A stretch of DNA of 64,000 nucleotides from an uncultured Gammaproteobacteria bacterium (GCA_963817755.1 CAWFPB010000005.1:70593-134592), one strand, 5' to 3'. Shown: positions 47,984 through 58,634, numbered from the stretch's first letter. Notes: a model not told the origin generated them from the sequence alone. Numbers and translations are program-made.

Positions 47984-48682
47984 TCAGCGAATCCGCGCTG
48001 CCATGCGCTCGTGACCGATGAAGTTCGCCCAGCGAAGTCCGATATCGATCCACATGAGATACCCCGATTCGAGCAACATGCGCGCGCGGTAGCGCGCGTG
48101 GCGGGGGAGTGAGGGTTCGGCAGCGACCGGGGAGGCGTCGAAGCCCAGTCTGCGGGCCAGCAGCAGGCAGCGGGCCAGATGGTAGCGACTGGTGACCAGG
48201 GCCACCGGCGGAAGGCCCTCGGCATCGCGCAGCAGTTCGCGTGCGTGGCGCAGGTTTTCCAGCGAGTCGATCGAGGCCTGCTCCAGCACCAGCGGGACAT
48301 GATCGGGAAAACCCTCCCCGCGCAGCCAGTCGGCGCCGGCTTTCGCCTCGCTGGTGCGGCTTCCGCTGGATCCTCCCAGCAGCAGCACGCGCTCGACATT
48401 GCCCGCGCGCACCAGGCGAAGGGTACGCATCAGGCGGTATCGGTAATCGTGCTCCGGTCGTTCGTCCTGCAGCCGACGACCGAACACCAGCAGCACCCGG
48501 ACACGGTCCGCGCGGGCCGGGCTGCGCCGGGCCACCCGCCATACGTGCACCAGGTAGGCCACCCAGACCAGCCCGCCGCTGAGCACGGCCACCAGCAGCG
48601 CCACGGCCAGCGAATGCAGCACGTCGACGTCGCGCAGATAGCGCCAGGTGCCGCGTCGCAGGGGGGCCGTGGGTTTGCGCAT
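47984..48682 (-). CDS. YdcF/DUF218 (ElyC/SanA-like) protein
   Basis: N-terminal TM, LLVFGRRL, LGG...SEA, EQASIDSLENL, VTSRYHLAR. Confidence 0.85.
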   Translation of the reverse strand: MRKPTAPLRRGTWRYLRDVDVLHSLAVALLVAVLSGGLVWVAYLVHVWRVARRSPARADRVRVLLVFGRRLQDERPEHDYRYRLMRTLRLVRAGNVERVLLLGGSSGSRTSEAKAGADWLRGEGFPDHVPLVLEQASIDSLENLRHARELLRDAEGLPPVALVTSRYHLARCLLLARRLGFDASPVAAEPSLPRHARYRARMLLESGYLMWIDIGLRWANFIGHERMAARIR

Positions 48683-48796
48683 CGTCGATTCGTTCGCCGG
48701 ATCGGGACTGCAGACTAGCGCAAGCCGCACACATCAGCGTGGGCTTCCTACCTGTGGCATGGGAAAATATTTCGCCCAGACGCTACTCTGCACCCG

Positions 48797-50002
48797 ATGC
48801 CCGAGATCATGCCCGCGCTCGCCGTCAGCGCCTACACCGCCACCTCTGCCCTGGGGCGAGGCCTGGATGCCCACGCCATGGCCCTGCGAGCCATGCGCGG
48901 CGGACTGGTCCGCAACACCATCTCCAGCCAGCCGCTGGACTGCTTCACCGGCCGCGTCGTGGGCCTGGAAGAAGCGCCGCTGCCGGAGCGCTTTTCGGCC
49001 TGGGAATGCCGCAACAACCGCCTGGCCTGGCTGGGCCTGCAGCAGGACGGCTTTCTCGATGCCGTGCACGAAGCCACCGAACGCCACGGCCGCGACCGCG
49101 TGGCCGTGCTTCTGGGCACCTCCACCGGCAGCATCGCCACCACCGAAGCCGGTTATCGCCACCTGGATGCCGACGGATGCCTTCCCGAGGAGGCGCGACG
49201 GCCGATCATCCACTGCCTGCATTCGCTCAGCGCTTTCGTACGCAGCGCCCTGGACCTGGCCGGGCCATGCCTGACCCTATCCACCGCCTGCTCGTCCAGC
49301 GCCAAGGTCCACGCCATGGCTGCACGCCTGATCCAGGCCGGCATGGTGGACGCGGCCGTGGTCGGCGGCACCGACACCCTGTGCGACAGCGTGCTGTTCG
49401 GATTCAACTCCCTGGAGCTGGTTTCGCCACAGGCCTGCCGTCCGTTCGACGCCGACCGCGACGGCATATCGATCGGCGAGGCCGCCGGTTTCGCTCTGCT
49501 CGAACGCATCGACCGCGCGCCGCAGGCCCCGCGGCTGGTCGGCTACGGTGAATCCAGCGATGCCCACCACATGTCCACCCCGCACCCGGAGGGCGCGGGT
49601 GCCGAACAGGCCATGCGCGAGGCCCTGGCGCGCGCCGGGCTGACCCCGGAACAGGTCGGCTACGTCAACCTGCACGGCACCGCCACGCGCAAGAACGACG
49701 AGGTCGAAGGCGCACTGATCGCCCGCCTGTTCCCGTCCGGCACGCCGGCCAGTTCGACCAAGGGCTTCACCGGTCACACCCTGGGCGCCGCGGGCGCGCT
49801 GGAAGCCGCCATCGCCCTGCTCGCCGTCGAGCGCGGTCTGCTGCCGGGCACCCTCGGCTGCTCCACCCCGGAGCCGGCCTGCGCCAACCACCTGTTGCTG
49901 GATTCGCGCGAAGCCGACGTGGCGGTCGCGATGAGCAACTCCTTCGGCTTCGGCGGCAACAACGCATGCCTGGCCTTCGCCCGCGCGGAGGCGACTGCAT
50001 GA
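48797..50002 (+). CDS. Aryl-polyene ketosynthase (FabF-like; xanthomonadin-type KS)
   Basis: CRNNRLA, STACSSSAK (Cys), NLHGTAT (His), TKGFTGHTLGAAG (His), SNSFGFGGNN. Confidence 0.93.
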   Translation: MPEIMPALAVSAYTATSALGRGLDAHAMALRAMRGGLVRNTISSQPLDCFTGRVVGLEEAPLPERFSAWECRNNRLAWLGLQQDGFLDAVHEATERHGRDRVAVLLGTSTGSIATTEAGYRHLDADGCLPEEARRPIIHCLHSLSAFVRSALDLAGPCLTLSTACSSSAKVHAMAARLIQAGMVDAAVVGGTDTLCDSVLFGFNSLELVSPQACRPFDADRDGISIGEAAGFALLERIDRAPQAPRLVGYGESSDAHHMSTPHPEGAGAEQAMREALARAGLTPEQVGYVNLHGTATRKNDEVEGALIARLFPSGTPASSTKGFTGHTLGAAGALEAAIALLAVERGLLPGTLGCSTPEPACANHLLLDSREADVAVAMSNSFGFGGNNACLAFARAEATA

Positions 50003-50805
50003 ACGACGCGATGCGACTGTGGGTCCGGGGCATCGGCGTGTGGGCGCCGGGCCTGCCCGACTGGAACGCGCTGCGCAGCCATCTCCACGGCGCGCCGCCG
50101 ATCGAGGACGCCCCGGCGCGTCCCGCGGCCGCACTGCTGTCGCCGGCCGAGCGTCGTCGTGCGCCGGATACGGTGCGCCTGGCGGTGGAAGCGGCCGCGC
50201 AGGCGGTGGCCATGAGCGGAGCCAACGCCGCGGACCTGCCCAGCGTGTTCACCTCCGCCCACGGCGACGCGAAGATCATGGACTACATGTGCGCGACCCT
50301 GGCCGTCACGCCCATGCAGATGTCGCCCACACGCTTTCACAATTCCGTGCACAACGCCGCATCCGGCTACTGGACCATTGCCACCGGTTGCCGGCGCGCC
50401 TCCAATGCAGTGTGCGCCGACGTGTACAGCTTCGGGGCAGGCCTGCTGGAGACGGCGACTCAGTCCCTGGTGGGCCATGAGGCCGTGTTGCTGACCGCGT
50501 TCGACGCGCCGGGAAGCGGCCCCCTGGAAACCATGGTCCTGACCCGCCAGCCGTTCGCCTGCGCACTGGTGCTCACCCCGGAGCCCGGTCCGCGATCCAT
50601 GGCTGCGCTGAGCCTGCGCCTGACGCCCGCGGACACCCCGGCCTCGACGCCGAAGGACATGCGGCTGAAGGCACTGGCCGTGGACAATGCCTGCGGCGAC
50701 GGTCTGGCCCTTCTCGAGGCCCTGGCACGCACGGAACCCGGCAACGTGCGCATCCCGGTCGGTGACGGCCTGGTCCTGCATACCGATATGGAATTCGTCC
50801 GATGA
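49999..50805 (+). CDS. Ketosynthase chain-length factor (ApeC-like)
   Basis: ATGA overlap; ERRRAP, SPTRFHNSVHNAASGYW; no catalytic Cys-His-His. Confidence 0.88.
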   Translation: MNDAMRLWVRGIGVWAPGLPDWNALRSHLHGAPPIEDAPARPAAALLSPAERRRAPDTVRLAVEAAAQAVAMSGANAADLPSVFTSAHGDAKIMDYMCATLAVTPMQMSPTRFHNSVHNAASGYWTIATGCRRASNAVCADVYSFGAGLLETATQSLVGHEAVLLTAFDAPGSGPLETMVLTRQPFACALVLTPEPGPRSMAALSLRLTPADTPASTPKDMRLKALAVDNACGDGLALLEALARTEPGNVRIPVGDGLVLHTDMEFVR

Positions 50806-51593
50806 AAGCCCCAGACGGCCCCTCGCCCCGTACCGCTTCCTGCTGCGTACTGATCCCGTGCCTGAACGAGGCGCTGGCGATCCGTTCCGTGATCGATTCG
50901 GTGCTGGCGCTGGACCTGCCGGTACTGGTCGTGGACGACGGTTCGGACGATGCCACACCGGATATCGTCGCGCAGCTTCCGGTGATGCTGGTGCGCCATG
51001 ACACCCGTCAAGGCAAGGGCGAGGCCCTGCGTACCGGATTCCGCGCCGCGCTCGAAAACGGTTTCGACGCGGTGCTCAGCATGGACGGCGACGGCCAGCA
51101 CGTGGCTGGCGACATCCCGCGCCTGCTGGCCACGGCGCGCACCTATCCCGGCCACATCGTCAGCGGCGCGCGCATCCGCCACCGCGAACGCCAGCCAGGC
51201 TACCGCCGCCGCGCCAACAATTTCGCCGACTGGGGCATTTCCTGGGCCGCGGGCCAGGCGCTGATCGACACCCAGTGCGGTCAGCGCTATTACCCGCGGC
51301 CAGCACTGGAGCTGGCCGATATCGACAGCGGAGGTTTCGCCTTCGAGACCGATATCCTGATCGAGGCAGCACTGCAACGCGACGTGCGCGTGGTTTCGGT
51401 ACCGATCGAATCGCGCTACCAGGGCGACATGCGCCTGAGCCATTTCCGCCCCGTGCGTGACTTCAGCCGCATCACCGCGCGCGTGGTCTGGCGCATCCTG
51501 CGCGCCGGCCTGATGCTCGAGCACCTGCGCCGCATCCGCGGCACCGAACCGCTGATCCACGACCCGGACCGTGACCGCGAAGACGTAACGTGA
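50802..51593 (+). CDS. GT2 glycosyltransferase of the aryl-polyene cluster
   Basis: LIPCLNE, VDDGSDD, GKGEAL, MDGDGQH, DTQCGQRYYP. Confidence 0.9.
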   Translation: MKAPDGPSPRTASCCVLIPCLNEALAIRSVIDSVLALDLPVLVVDDGSDDATPDIVAQLPVMLVRHDTRQGKGEALRTGFRAALENGFDAVLSMDGDGQHVAGDIPRLLATARTYPGHIVSGARIRHRERQPGYRRRANNFADWGISWAAGQALIDTQCGQRYYPRPALELADIDSGGFAFETDILIEAALQRDVRVVSVPIESRYQGDMRLSHFRPVRDFSRITARVVWRILRAGLMLEHLRRIRGTEPLIHDPDRDREDVT

Positions 51594-51645
51594 CGCGAGC
51601 CACGCTCTGAGGCATCATCGGGTTCACGACGACGGGAGCAACGGC

Positions 51646-53229
51646 ATGCACAGCACGACCCCGTACGACGCCATCATCCTCGGCGGCGGGCTGGCCGGCC
51701 TGACGCTGGCGCTGCATCTGCGCCGCGACCACCCCGACCTTTCCATCCTGGTGATCGAACGCCGCCGGCATCCGCTGCCTGCGGCCGCGCACAAGGTCGG
51801 TGAATCGACTGTCGAGATCGGCGCCCATTATTTCGCCGAAACGCTGGGCCTCCGCGAACATCTGGAACGCGACCACATTCGCAAGTTCGGCTTCCGGTTC
51901 TTCTTTTCCGACGGTCGCGAGGACCTCGAGAACGTCACCGAACTGGGCGCCAGCAAGGTCCTGCCCACGCCCAGCTACCAGCTCGACCGCGGCATCTTCG
52001 AAAACTTCCTGGCCGCCGAAGCACGGCGTCGCGGCATCGAGGTGCGCGACGGCGTCACGGTCTGCGGCCTTGCCATGGGCGAAAGCGGGGCGCTGCACAC
52101 GGTTTGCAGCCGCGACGACAGCGGCGAACAGTCGCTCAAGACGCGCTGGGTACTGGATGCCTCCGGTCGCGCCGGCCTCCTGCGTCGCCGCTTCCGGCTG
52201 ACCCGCGACAACGACCACCACGGCAACGCGGTGTGGTTCCGCCTGGACGATCGCATCGAGATCGACGGCTGGTGCGAAGACGCCGCCTGGCACGACCGCT
52301 GCAGCCCGCCGGAACGTTGGCGCTCGACCAACCACCTGGTCGGCCCCGGCTACTGGGCCTGGCTGATCCCGCTGTCCTCGGGTGCGCATTCGGTAGGCAT
52401 CGTCGCCGATGCCGGCATGCATTCGCTCGAATCCATGCGCGATTTCGATCGGACCCTGCAGTGGCTCGGCGCTCGCCAGCCGGCGCTGGCGCGGGCCGTA
52501 CGCGAGCGCCGCGGCGCATTGCTCGATTTCAGCTTCCTGCGCGAATACTCCTACGGCTGCGCGCAGCTGTTCTCGGCCGACCGCTGGGCACTGACCGGCG
52601 AGGCCGGAGCCTTCCTGGACCCCTTCTACTCGCCGGGCAGCGATTTCATCGCCATCGGCAACACCTACATCTCCGCACTCGTGGGCCACGATCTGGCCGG
52701 ACGCGCACTGGCGCCGCACGTGGCCATCTACGAGCAGCTTTTCCAGTCCTTCCTTGCCAACAGCCTGCCGCTGTTCCGGCACCAGTATCCGCTGTTCGGC
52801 GATGCCGAGGTGCTGCCCATGAAGGTGACCTGGGACTACAGCTACTACTGGGGTGTCCTGTGCCCGCTGGTGTTCCAGCAGCGGCTGACCGACCTGAACC
52901 TGCTGGGCCGCGTGCGCGGCGACCTCGAACGCGCACAGATGCTGAACCTGCGCATGCAGCAGCTGTTCCTGCACTGGCATGCGTCCAGCCGCGGGCGCAA
53001 TCCGCGCGCCATGCTTGACCAGTACCGACTGGACTGGTTCGCCGCGCTCAACGGCCACCTGCACGAGCATCTCGACGACGATGCCACCGTGGCGCATATA
53101 CGCGGCAACGTGGATCTGCTCGAGGCACTGGCCGATGCGCTGATGCTGCGCGCCACCGCCAGCGACCCGGCCTTGAAGGCACCGCTGTCGGGCCGCCGCC
53201 GTCCGCCGCTGTTCTCCGCGGCAGCCTGA
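51646..53229 (+). CDS. Flavin-dependent halogenase (xanthomonadin-type)
   Basis: GGGLAG FAD motif, KVGES (catalytic Lys position), WAWLIP (WxWxIP), FLDPFYSPG. Confidence 0.88.
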   Translation: MHSTTPYDAIILGGGLAGLTLALHLRRDHPDLSILVIERRRHPLPAAAHKVGESTVEIGAHYFAETLGLREHLERDHIRKFGFRFFFSDGREDLENVTELGASKVLPTPSYQLDRGIFENFLAAEARRRGIEVRDGVTVCGLAMGESGALHTVCSRDDSGEQSLKTRWVLDASGRAGLLRRRFRLTRDNDHHGNAVWFRLDDRIEIDGWCEDAAWHDRCSPPERWRSTNHLVGPGYWAWLIPLSSGAHSVGIVADAGMHSLESMRDFDRTLQWLGARQPALARAVRERRGALLDFSFLREYSYGCAQLFSADRWALTGEAGAFLDPFYSPGSDFIAIGNTYISALVGHDLAGRALAPHVAIYEQLFQSFLANSLPLFRHQYPLFGDAEVLPMKVTWDYSYYWGVLCPLVFQQRLTDLNLLGRVRGDLERAQMLNLRMQQLFLHWHASSRGRNPRAMLDQYRLDWFAALNGHLHEHLDDDATVAHIRGNVDLLEALADALMLRATASDPALKAPLSGRRRPPLFSAAA

Positions 53230-53235
53230 CCGGGC

Positions 53236-53973
53236 TCAGCCCATACCACCATTGACGCCGATGACCTGGCCGTTGATGTAGGCCGCGGCGTCCGAGCACA
53301 AAAAGCCCACCAGGGCGGCCACTTCCTCCGGGGTTCCGACGCGTCCGGCCGGCACCAGGGCCTTGAGCTGATCGGGCGCGAACAGCGACTCGGTCATGGC
53401 GCCGGCGATGACGCCCGGCGCGACCACGTTGGCGGTGATGCCGCGCGAGGCCATCTCGCGCGCCAGCGACTTCACCGCCCCGTGCAGGCCGGCCTTGGCC
53501 GCCGCGTAGTTGGTCTGCCCGCGGTTGCCCAGCACGCCGGCCACCGAGCCGATCGCCACCACCCGGCCGAAGCGCGCGCGCGCCATCGGCAACAACAGCG
53601 GCTGCACCAGGCGGAAGAAGCCGTGCAGGGACACGTCGATCACGCGCATCCACTGTGCCTCGGACATGCCGGCCATCGGCGCGTCGTCGTGCACGCCCGC
53701 GTTGCTGACCGCGCAGTGCACCGGGCCGTCCGCCAGCAGCGCGTCGATCGCTTCCTTGCAGGCCGCGGCATCGCCGAGATCGAAGGCCACCGCCTCAGCG
53801 CTTCCACCCGATGCGCGAATGGATTCGACCACGGCCTGCGCCCGCTCGATGCGGGTATGGGCGTGCACGATCACGTGCTGTCCGGCTTCCGCCAGCGCCG
53901 TGCAGATCGCCGCGCCGATGTCTCCGCTACCGCCGCTGACCAGGGCGCGGCGCGGGCCTGTCTGTACTTTCAT
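53236..53973 (-). CDS. 3-oxoacyl-ACP reductase (FabG-like ketoreductase of the cluster)
   Basis: SGGSGDIG, NAGVHDD, GNRGQTNYAAAK, VAPGVI. Confidence 0.92.
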   Translation of the reverse strand: MKVQTGPRRALVSGGSGDIGAAICTALAEAGQHVIVHAHTRIERAQAVVESIRASGGSAEAVAFDLGDAAACKEAIDALLADGPVHCAVSNAGVHDDAPMAGMSEAQWMRVIDVSLHGFFRLVQPLLLPMARARFGRVVAIGSVAGVLGNRGQTNYAAAKAGLHGAVKSLAREMASRGITANVVAPGVIAGAMTESLFAPDQLKALVPAGRVGTPEEVAALVGFLCSDAAAYINGQVIGVNGGMG

Positions 53974-54237
53974 CGCAGCTACCTTGCCTGGAATGCGTCG
54001 AGCTTAGCGCAACGTTGCCGTCCTTCACTCGTGGTGGTCGTATTCGGAAACCGCGCATGCCTTAACAGGGGGAGACAGGGCTTGTCCGCACCGAGCCGCC
54101 GGCTTCGTTCCCGTCTTGGGATTCCGACCCGGGACCATGGCACTGTGGCTAGCCCCGCCGAGACCCTCCTCTCGCCCTGCATATCCCACCCGGTTTCCCC
54201 ATTCCGCTTATACTTGGGTCCACGGTACGACTCGGGG

Positions 54238-55191
54238 ATGTTCGTGTCCGATTGCATCGATGCCGAAGGGCAGGTACCTCTGTCGCTTCCGGTGGCACTT
54301 GGCCAGGAAACACGCGTGCGCCAGCCCGGTGTGGAGATCAGGGTACTAAGCCACGTCTTCGACAGTGGCCTGCGCCTTTACGACACGCGTATTCGCACCA
54401 CGCACAACCGGAAGGTGACGGCGCGCAGCCCGCACAACCGCCCCTTCATCGGCGCCCACGTGTGCCTGCGGGGCGCAACCACCCTGTGCATCCCCGGATG
54501 CAAGCCCAGCACCGCCACCACGGCACAGGGCAGTTTCTTCCGCACCATCGGCGACGAGTCGCTGTTCGAGGCCGAACATGCCCAGCACAATCTGCGCGTG
54601 ATCGGCATCGCTGCGGACCTGGACGTGATTGGCAACTGGTTTGGCGGCCATCTGCCGTCATCACTACGCCCGTTCCTTCATGGGCGACTGCAGACGCACC
54701 ACGCCGCCACGGTGCCGGTACCGGCCGCGCATGCGGCCGCGGCGGCCCTGGCCGACACCACTCTGCACGCCCCGATGCGTGCATTGATGCTGGAAGGCGC
54801 GGCCATGCAGATGGTGGCCGGGTTCCTGCAGTCGCTGTGCCGCCACGAACACGCCACCGACGGCCTGCGCAGTCACGAACGACGCGCGGCACTGGATGTC
54901 CACGCCCTCCTGCGCGAAAACCTGGACGCCAGCTACACCATGACCGGGCTCGCAGAAGCCGTGAGTCTGGCACCGCAGCGGCTGCAACGTGCCTTCCGCG
55001 AACTGTTTGGCGGCAGCGTCTTCGAGACCCAGCGGCACCTGCGCATGGAACAAGCCATGACCCTGTTGCGCAGTACCTACCTGCCCGTGCGAATAATCGC
55101 CGGCCAGGTGGGCTATGCAAGCCAGGAAAGTTTCCGCCGCGCCTTCCATGGCCATTTTGGGGTCAATCCGAGCCGGGTGCGCTCACGCTGA
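54238..55191 (+). CDS. AraC-family regulator (PchR/YbtA-like)
   Basis: C-terminal double HTH: LAEAVSLAPQRLQRAFRELFG...LRMEQAMTLL...IAGQVGYASQESFRRAFHGHFGVNP. Start uncertain. Confidence 0.85.
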   Translation: MFVSDCIDAEGQVPLSLPVALGQETRVRQPGVEIRVLSHVFDSGLRLYDTRIRTTHNRKVTARSPHNRPFIGAHVCLRGATTLCIPGCKPSTATTAQGSFFRTIGDESLFEAEHAQHNLRVIGIAADLDVIGNWFGGHLPSSLRPFLHGRLQTHHAATVPVPAAHAAAAALADTTLHAPMRALMLEGAAMQMVAGFLQSLCRHEHATDGLRSHERRAALDVHALLRENLDASYTMTGLAEAVSLAPQRLQRAFRELFGGSVFETQRHLRMEQAMTLLRSTYLPVRIIAGQVGYASQESFRRAFHGHFGVNPSRVRSR

Positions 55192-55647
55192 ACCGTTGCC
55201 GTGGCTGCCGGCGACCGTCGGCGCGTGCAACACGGCACAGCGGCCCTCGGCGAGGACCTTGCCATCATGTTCGATGCGGAAGGCGTACTGGGTACCGGCT
55301 TCGTCGGCGTACAGGCACCGTGCATGGACATCGAGGGCGCCGGGCAGGTCGTCGATGAACTCCAGCGCCAGTCGCACGTCGCGCAGGGCCACCAGCATCC
55401 CGGGCCGTGGTCGGCCGGCGCCGGCCGCACGCGCACGCAGTGCGCCGTGCACCGCCGCCGCCTGGGCGCCGTACTCGGCCAGGTGCACCGCATGCAGGCG
55501 TCCGTCATGTCGCAACGGATGCCCGACATCGCGATGACCCTCGCTGCGGGCATGCAGGTGGACATCGTCCCAGTCCACCACCGCATCCAGCAGGCACATG
55601 CCGCCGGCGTGGGGAATCAGGTGTTCCCAGTCACTTTTCGCCAGCAT
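55183..55647 (-). CDS. Hotdog-fold dehydratase subunit (ApeP-like)
   Basis: LIPHAGGMCLLD, EYGAQAAAVHG, GMLVALR. Confidence 0.85.
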   Translation of the reverse strand: MLAKSDWEHLIPHAGGMCLLDAVVDWDDVHLHARSEGHRDVGHPLRHDGRLHAVHLAEYGAQAAAVHGALRARAAGAGRPRPGMLVALRDVRLALEFIDDLPGALDVHARCLYADEAGTQYAFRIEHDGKVLAEGRCAVLHAPTVAGSHGNGSA

Positions 55648-57988
55648 CGTCCTTCTCCGCGTGCGGGGCCATCAGGATCGACAGGCAGAAATGGAAGGCC
55701 ACGCCCAGGCTCACGGTCAGGCCGATCGCGCGCAGCACCGGGATCGACGACCAGGCCAGCATGCCGAACACCAGCAGCGCCGAGAGCACGCAGACCACGG
55801 TGGCATGCAGGGTCCGCCGTTGCTCGGCGGGATCGCCCGTCTCGCGCTCGAAGAACAGCGCGTAGTGCAGGCCCAGGCCGGCCGCCAGGATCAGCGCGAC
55901 CAGATGGAACAGCGAGATCTCGATGCCGGCCATGCGCTCGACCGCCAGCACCGCGAAGGTGGCCAGCGTCATCGGTCCCAGCACGTGCCAGGTACGGCGC
56001 AGACTGCGCAGCGAGGCCCCGACCGTGATCACCAGCAGCACCAGGGCGATGCCCAGCGCGACGAGGATGCGCGAGCGATAGGCGGCCACCAGCGATTCGG
56101 TGGCCTGCTTGATGTCCAGCAGATGCACCCGACCGCCGGTCGAGGCCGCCAACTCAGCAAACGCGGCCGGATCGCGCACGCCGCTGAGCGTGGCCAGCCC
56201 GACCCAGCCGCCCTTGCCTTCACCGGCCGGGCGCCGTACCAGCATGGCCGCCAGGCGCTGGCCCAGCGGCGAGCGCTCGAACATCGTCGGCGTCAGTAGC
56301 GGCAGCGTGCGCGCCTTCTGCACGGCATCGACAAAAGGTGCGAACACGCCCTCGCGGAACGGCATGCCCTTCGTGGCCTGTCGCAGCGCGGCCTCCAGCG
56401 TGGCCCGGTCGGGCAAGCGGGCCTGGCGCCGCCGCTGCACCTCCAGCGGCGGCAGGTAGCGTGAGGGCAGCTCCACGCTTTCCACCGCACCGCGATGCAC
56501 CAGGTCCTGGAGCTTCGGCGCGACCCGTTCGGACAGGCGCAGTACGCCATCGGCGGTGGGTGCCTCGAGGACCAGCAGGTAGCGCACGTCCGGTGCGCCC
56601 AGCGCCGCACGCAATCGCGCGTCGGTCTGGATCAGCTTGTGCGGCAGCGGCGTCAGATGCGCCAGGTTGTTCTGCCAGAACCGCCCCGGAGCCAGCAACA
56701 GCATCGCCGCCACCGCGACGGTGACCAGGACAACGATCCAGCGCGGTCGCGGCAGGCGATCCAGGGTGCGTCGAAATCGCGCCAGCCCCGGTGTATCGGC
56801 CACATCGACGAAGCGCCGCGGCAGCACCCGCGGCAACAGATAGCGCGTGGTCAGGCCGGCACCGAGCAGGCCGCCGATGGTGAACACCGCCAATTGCTGC
56901 AGCCCCGGCACGCCGGAGGCGTAGAAGGCCAGGTAGGCGATGCAGGCCGAGGCGATGGCGGTGCGCAACAGTGGCCAAAGCCCGCGCACGCTGTCCAGGT
57001 TGGAGGCGCCGGTGCGACGATGGCTGAGCACGCGGATCGGATACTCCTGCGCCACGCCCAGCAGGGTGAAGCCGAACGCCAGGGTGATGCCGTGCACCGC
57101 GGGATAGACCGTGACCAGGGCGGCCAAACCGGCCAGTGCGCCGCTGGCGATCGGCAGCGCGCCCAGCAGCAGCGCGCCGGGACTGCGGTAGGCCGCCAGC
57201 AGCAGCAGGATGAAGCCGATCGTGGAAATGTAGCCGATCCAGTCGGCCTGCTGCCGGGTATGGCGATCGATGACCACGCTGAAGTAGCCCGGACCGCTCA
57301 GGGTCAACGTCGCCGCACCACGATGCGGTAGATGCTCGAAGGCCTTGCGCAGGGCCGAAATGGCCTGTTTCTGCGCCCCCGGGTCGAAGCCCGCGGCGCG
57401 CGTCTGCGCCAGCAGCAATGCCTCGCCGCGGGCATCGAACCACACCCCGTCGCGCACCGCCGGGGCGTGCGGAGGCGACCAGCGTCGCGCCAGCTTGAGC
57501 ACTTCCAGGGTCGGATCGCGCGGCAGCCAGGTCTCCAGCATGCCACCGGCCGGCGAGGCCATGTCCTCGAGTCGCCGCTGAAGCTGTACGCGCAGGTAGG
57601 CGGCATCGAGGCGATGCGTATCCAGGGTCGAGGACAGCAGGTAGCGATACGGCAGCAATGCCGGATCCAGATCGGACGGATCGAAGCTGCCGTTGACCAC
57701 CTGACGGAAATGCGGATCGTCGGCCAGCGCTGCGGCCAGCCCCCGGCTGAGCCGGGCCAGGCGGTTCGTCGAGGCGCCGCCCAGGGCCACCAGCAGCAGC
57801 CGCGAGCCGGGTCCGTGCCCGATCTGGTCCATCAGCAGGCGCTGGTCGGCCGTGGCCGGCGGCGGCATGAAGCTGCGCAGGTCGGTGCTCACATGCAGCG
57901 ACCGGGCCACGTACAGGCCCACCCCGCCCAGCACCAGCAACCAGGCGATCAGCAGCGTCAGGCGCGCGCGCAGGCTAGTGGTCGCCAT
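55631..57988 (-). CDS. MMPL/RND-family exporter of the aryl-polyene cluster
   Basis: TDLRSFMP, two TM bundles, HGITLAFGFTLLG, SLFHLVALILAAGLGLHY. Confidence 0.9.
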   Translation of the reverse strand: MATTSLRARLTLLIAWLLVLGGVGLYVARSLHVSTDLRSFMPPPATADQRLLMDQIGHGPGSRLLLVALGGASTNRLARLSRGLAAALADDPHFRQVVNGSFDPSDLDPALLPYRYLLSSTLDTHRLDAAYLRVQLQRRLEDMASPAGGMLETWLPRDPTLEVLKLARRWSPPHAPAVRDGVWFDARGEALLLAQTRAAGFDPGAQKQAISALRKAFEHLPHRGAATLTLSGPGYFSVVIDRHTRQQADWIGYISTIGFILLLLAAYRSPGALLLGALPIASGALAGLAALVTVYPAVHGITLAFGFTLLGVAQEYPIRVLSHRRTGASNLDSVRGLWPLLRTAIASACIAYLAFYASGVPGLQQLAVFTIGGLLGAGLTTRYLLPRVLPRRFVDVADTPGLARFRRTLDRLPRPRWIVVLVTVAVAAMLLLAPGRFWQNNLAHLTPLPHKLIQTDARLRAALGAPDVRYLLVLEAPTADGVLRLSERVAPKLQDLVHRGAVESVELPSRYLPPLEVQRRRQARLPDRATLEAALRQATKGMPFREGVFAPFVDAVQKARTLPLLTPTMFERSPLGQRLAAMLVRRPAGEGKGGWVGLATLSGVRDPAAFAELAASTGGRVHLLDIKQATESLVAAYRSRILVALGIALVLLVITVGASLRSLRRTWHVLGPMTLATFAVLAVERMAGIEISLFHLVALILAAGLGLHYALFFERETGDPAEQRRTLHATVVCVLSALLVFGMLAWSSIPVLRAIGLTVSLGVAFHFCLSILMAPHAEKDDAGEK

Positions 57989-58634
57989 GCCGGCACAGGG
58001 CATCGAGGGCCTTGCGGGTTGGCTGCGCCGGCATCCGCGCGGCCAGCGGGCCAAGCAGGTCGATGCTGGCCGTGCCGCCGGCTTCGACGATCTCCATGCA
58101 GCGTAGTCTGCGCGCATCGCCATCCAGACGGATGCTGGCCAGGCTGCGAGCCAGGCGCGGCGACTTCGGCGTCAGCGCCAGCGACCACACCTTCGTGCCG
58201 CCGACATCCTTGCGCTCGACGTCGAAGACCCGGCGCAGGCGTTCCGGCTGCCCTGAGAGCACCGCCACCAGGCTCTCCAGCAGCGCCTTGAGGGGCGGTG
58301 CGCGGTCGAGAGAGAAATGCCGGGTGCCGTGGCCGGCACGGTGCATGCTGACCTCGCCGTCGTCGATCAGCGTGGTCTCCACATAGGGCATGTCCACGTG
58401 CCGGCGCAGGCGTTCCCCGCCTTCCCAGGCCAGCTGGCCGGAGACCACCAGCGGGCGGTTCAGCAGGGCCGAAAAGCGCGCCTCGGCGAATGCCACCCGC
58501 GCAGGAGGTTGCTGCGCCAGGGCTGCGACCGGTGCCAGCGGATCGGGCGCTTGGGACTGCGGCTCAGGCCCCTGCGCCCACGCGATCGTCGCGGCCAGCA
58601 TCAGCGCTGGCCCCGTCCACCTGCGAAGGGTCAT
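57975..58634 (-). CDS. LolA-like periplasmic carrier protein
   Basis: Signal peptide, FAEARFSALLNRPLVVSGQL, RHVDMPYVE; between acyltransferase and MMPL. Start may be 58646. Confidence 0.8.
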   Translation of the reverse strand: MTLRRWTGPALMLAATIAWAQGPEPQSQAPDPLAPVAALAQQPPARVAFAEARFSALLNRPLVVSGQLAWEGGERLRRHVDMPYVETTLIDDGEVSMHRAGHGTRHFSLDRAPPLKALLESLVAVLSGQPERLRRVFDVERKDVGGTKVWSLALTPKSPRLARSLASIRLDGDARRLRCMEIVEAGGTASIDLLGPLAARMPAQPTRKALDALCRHGDH

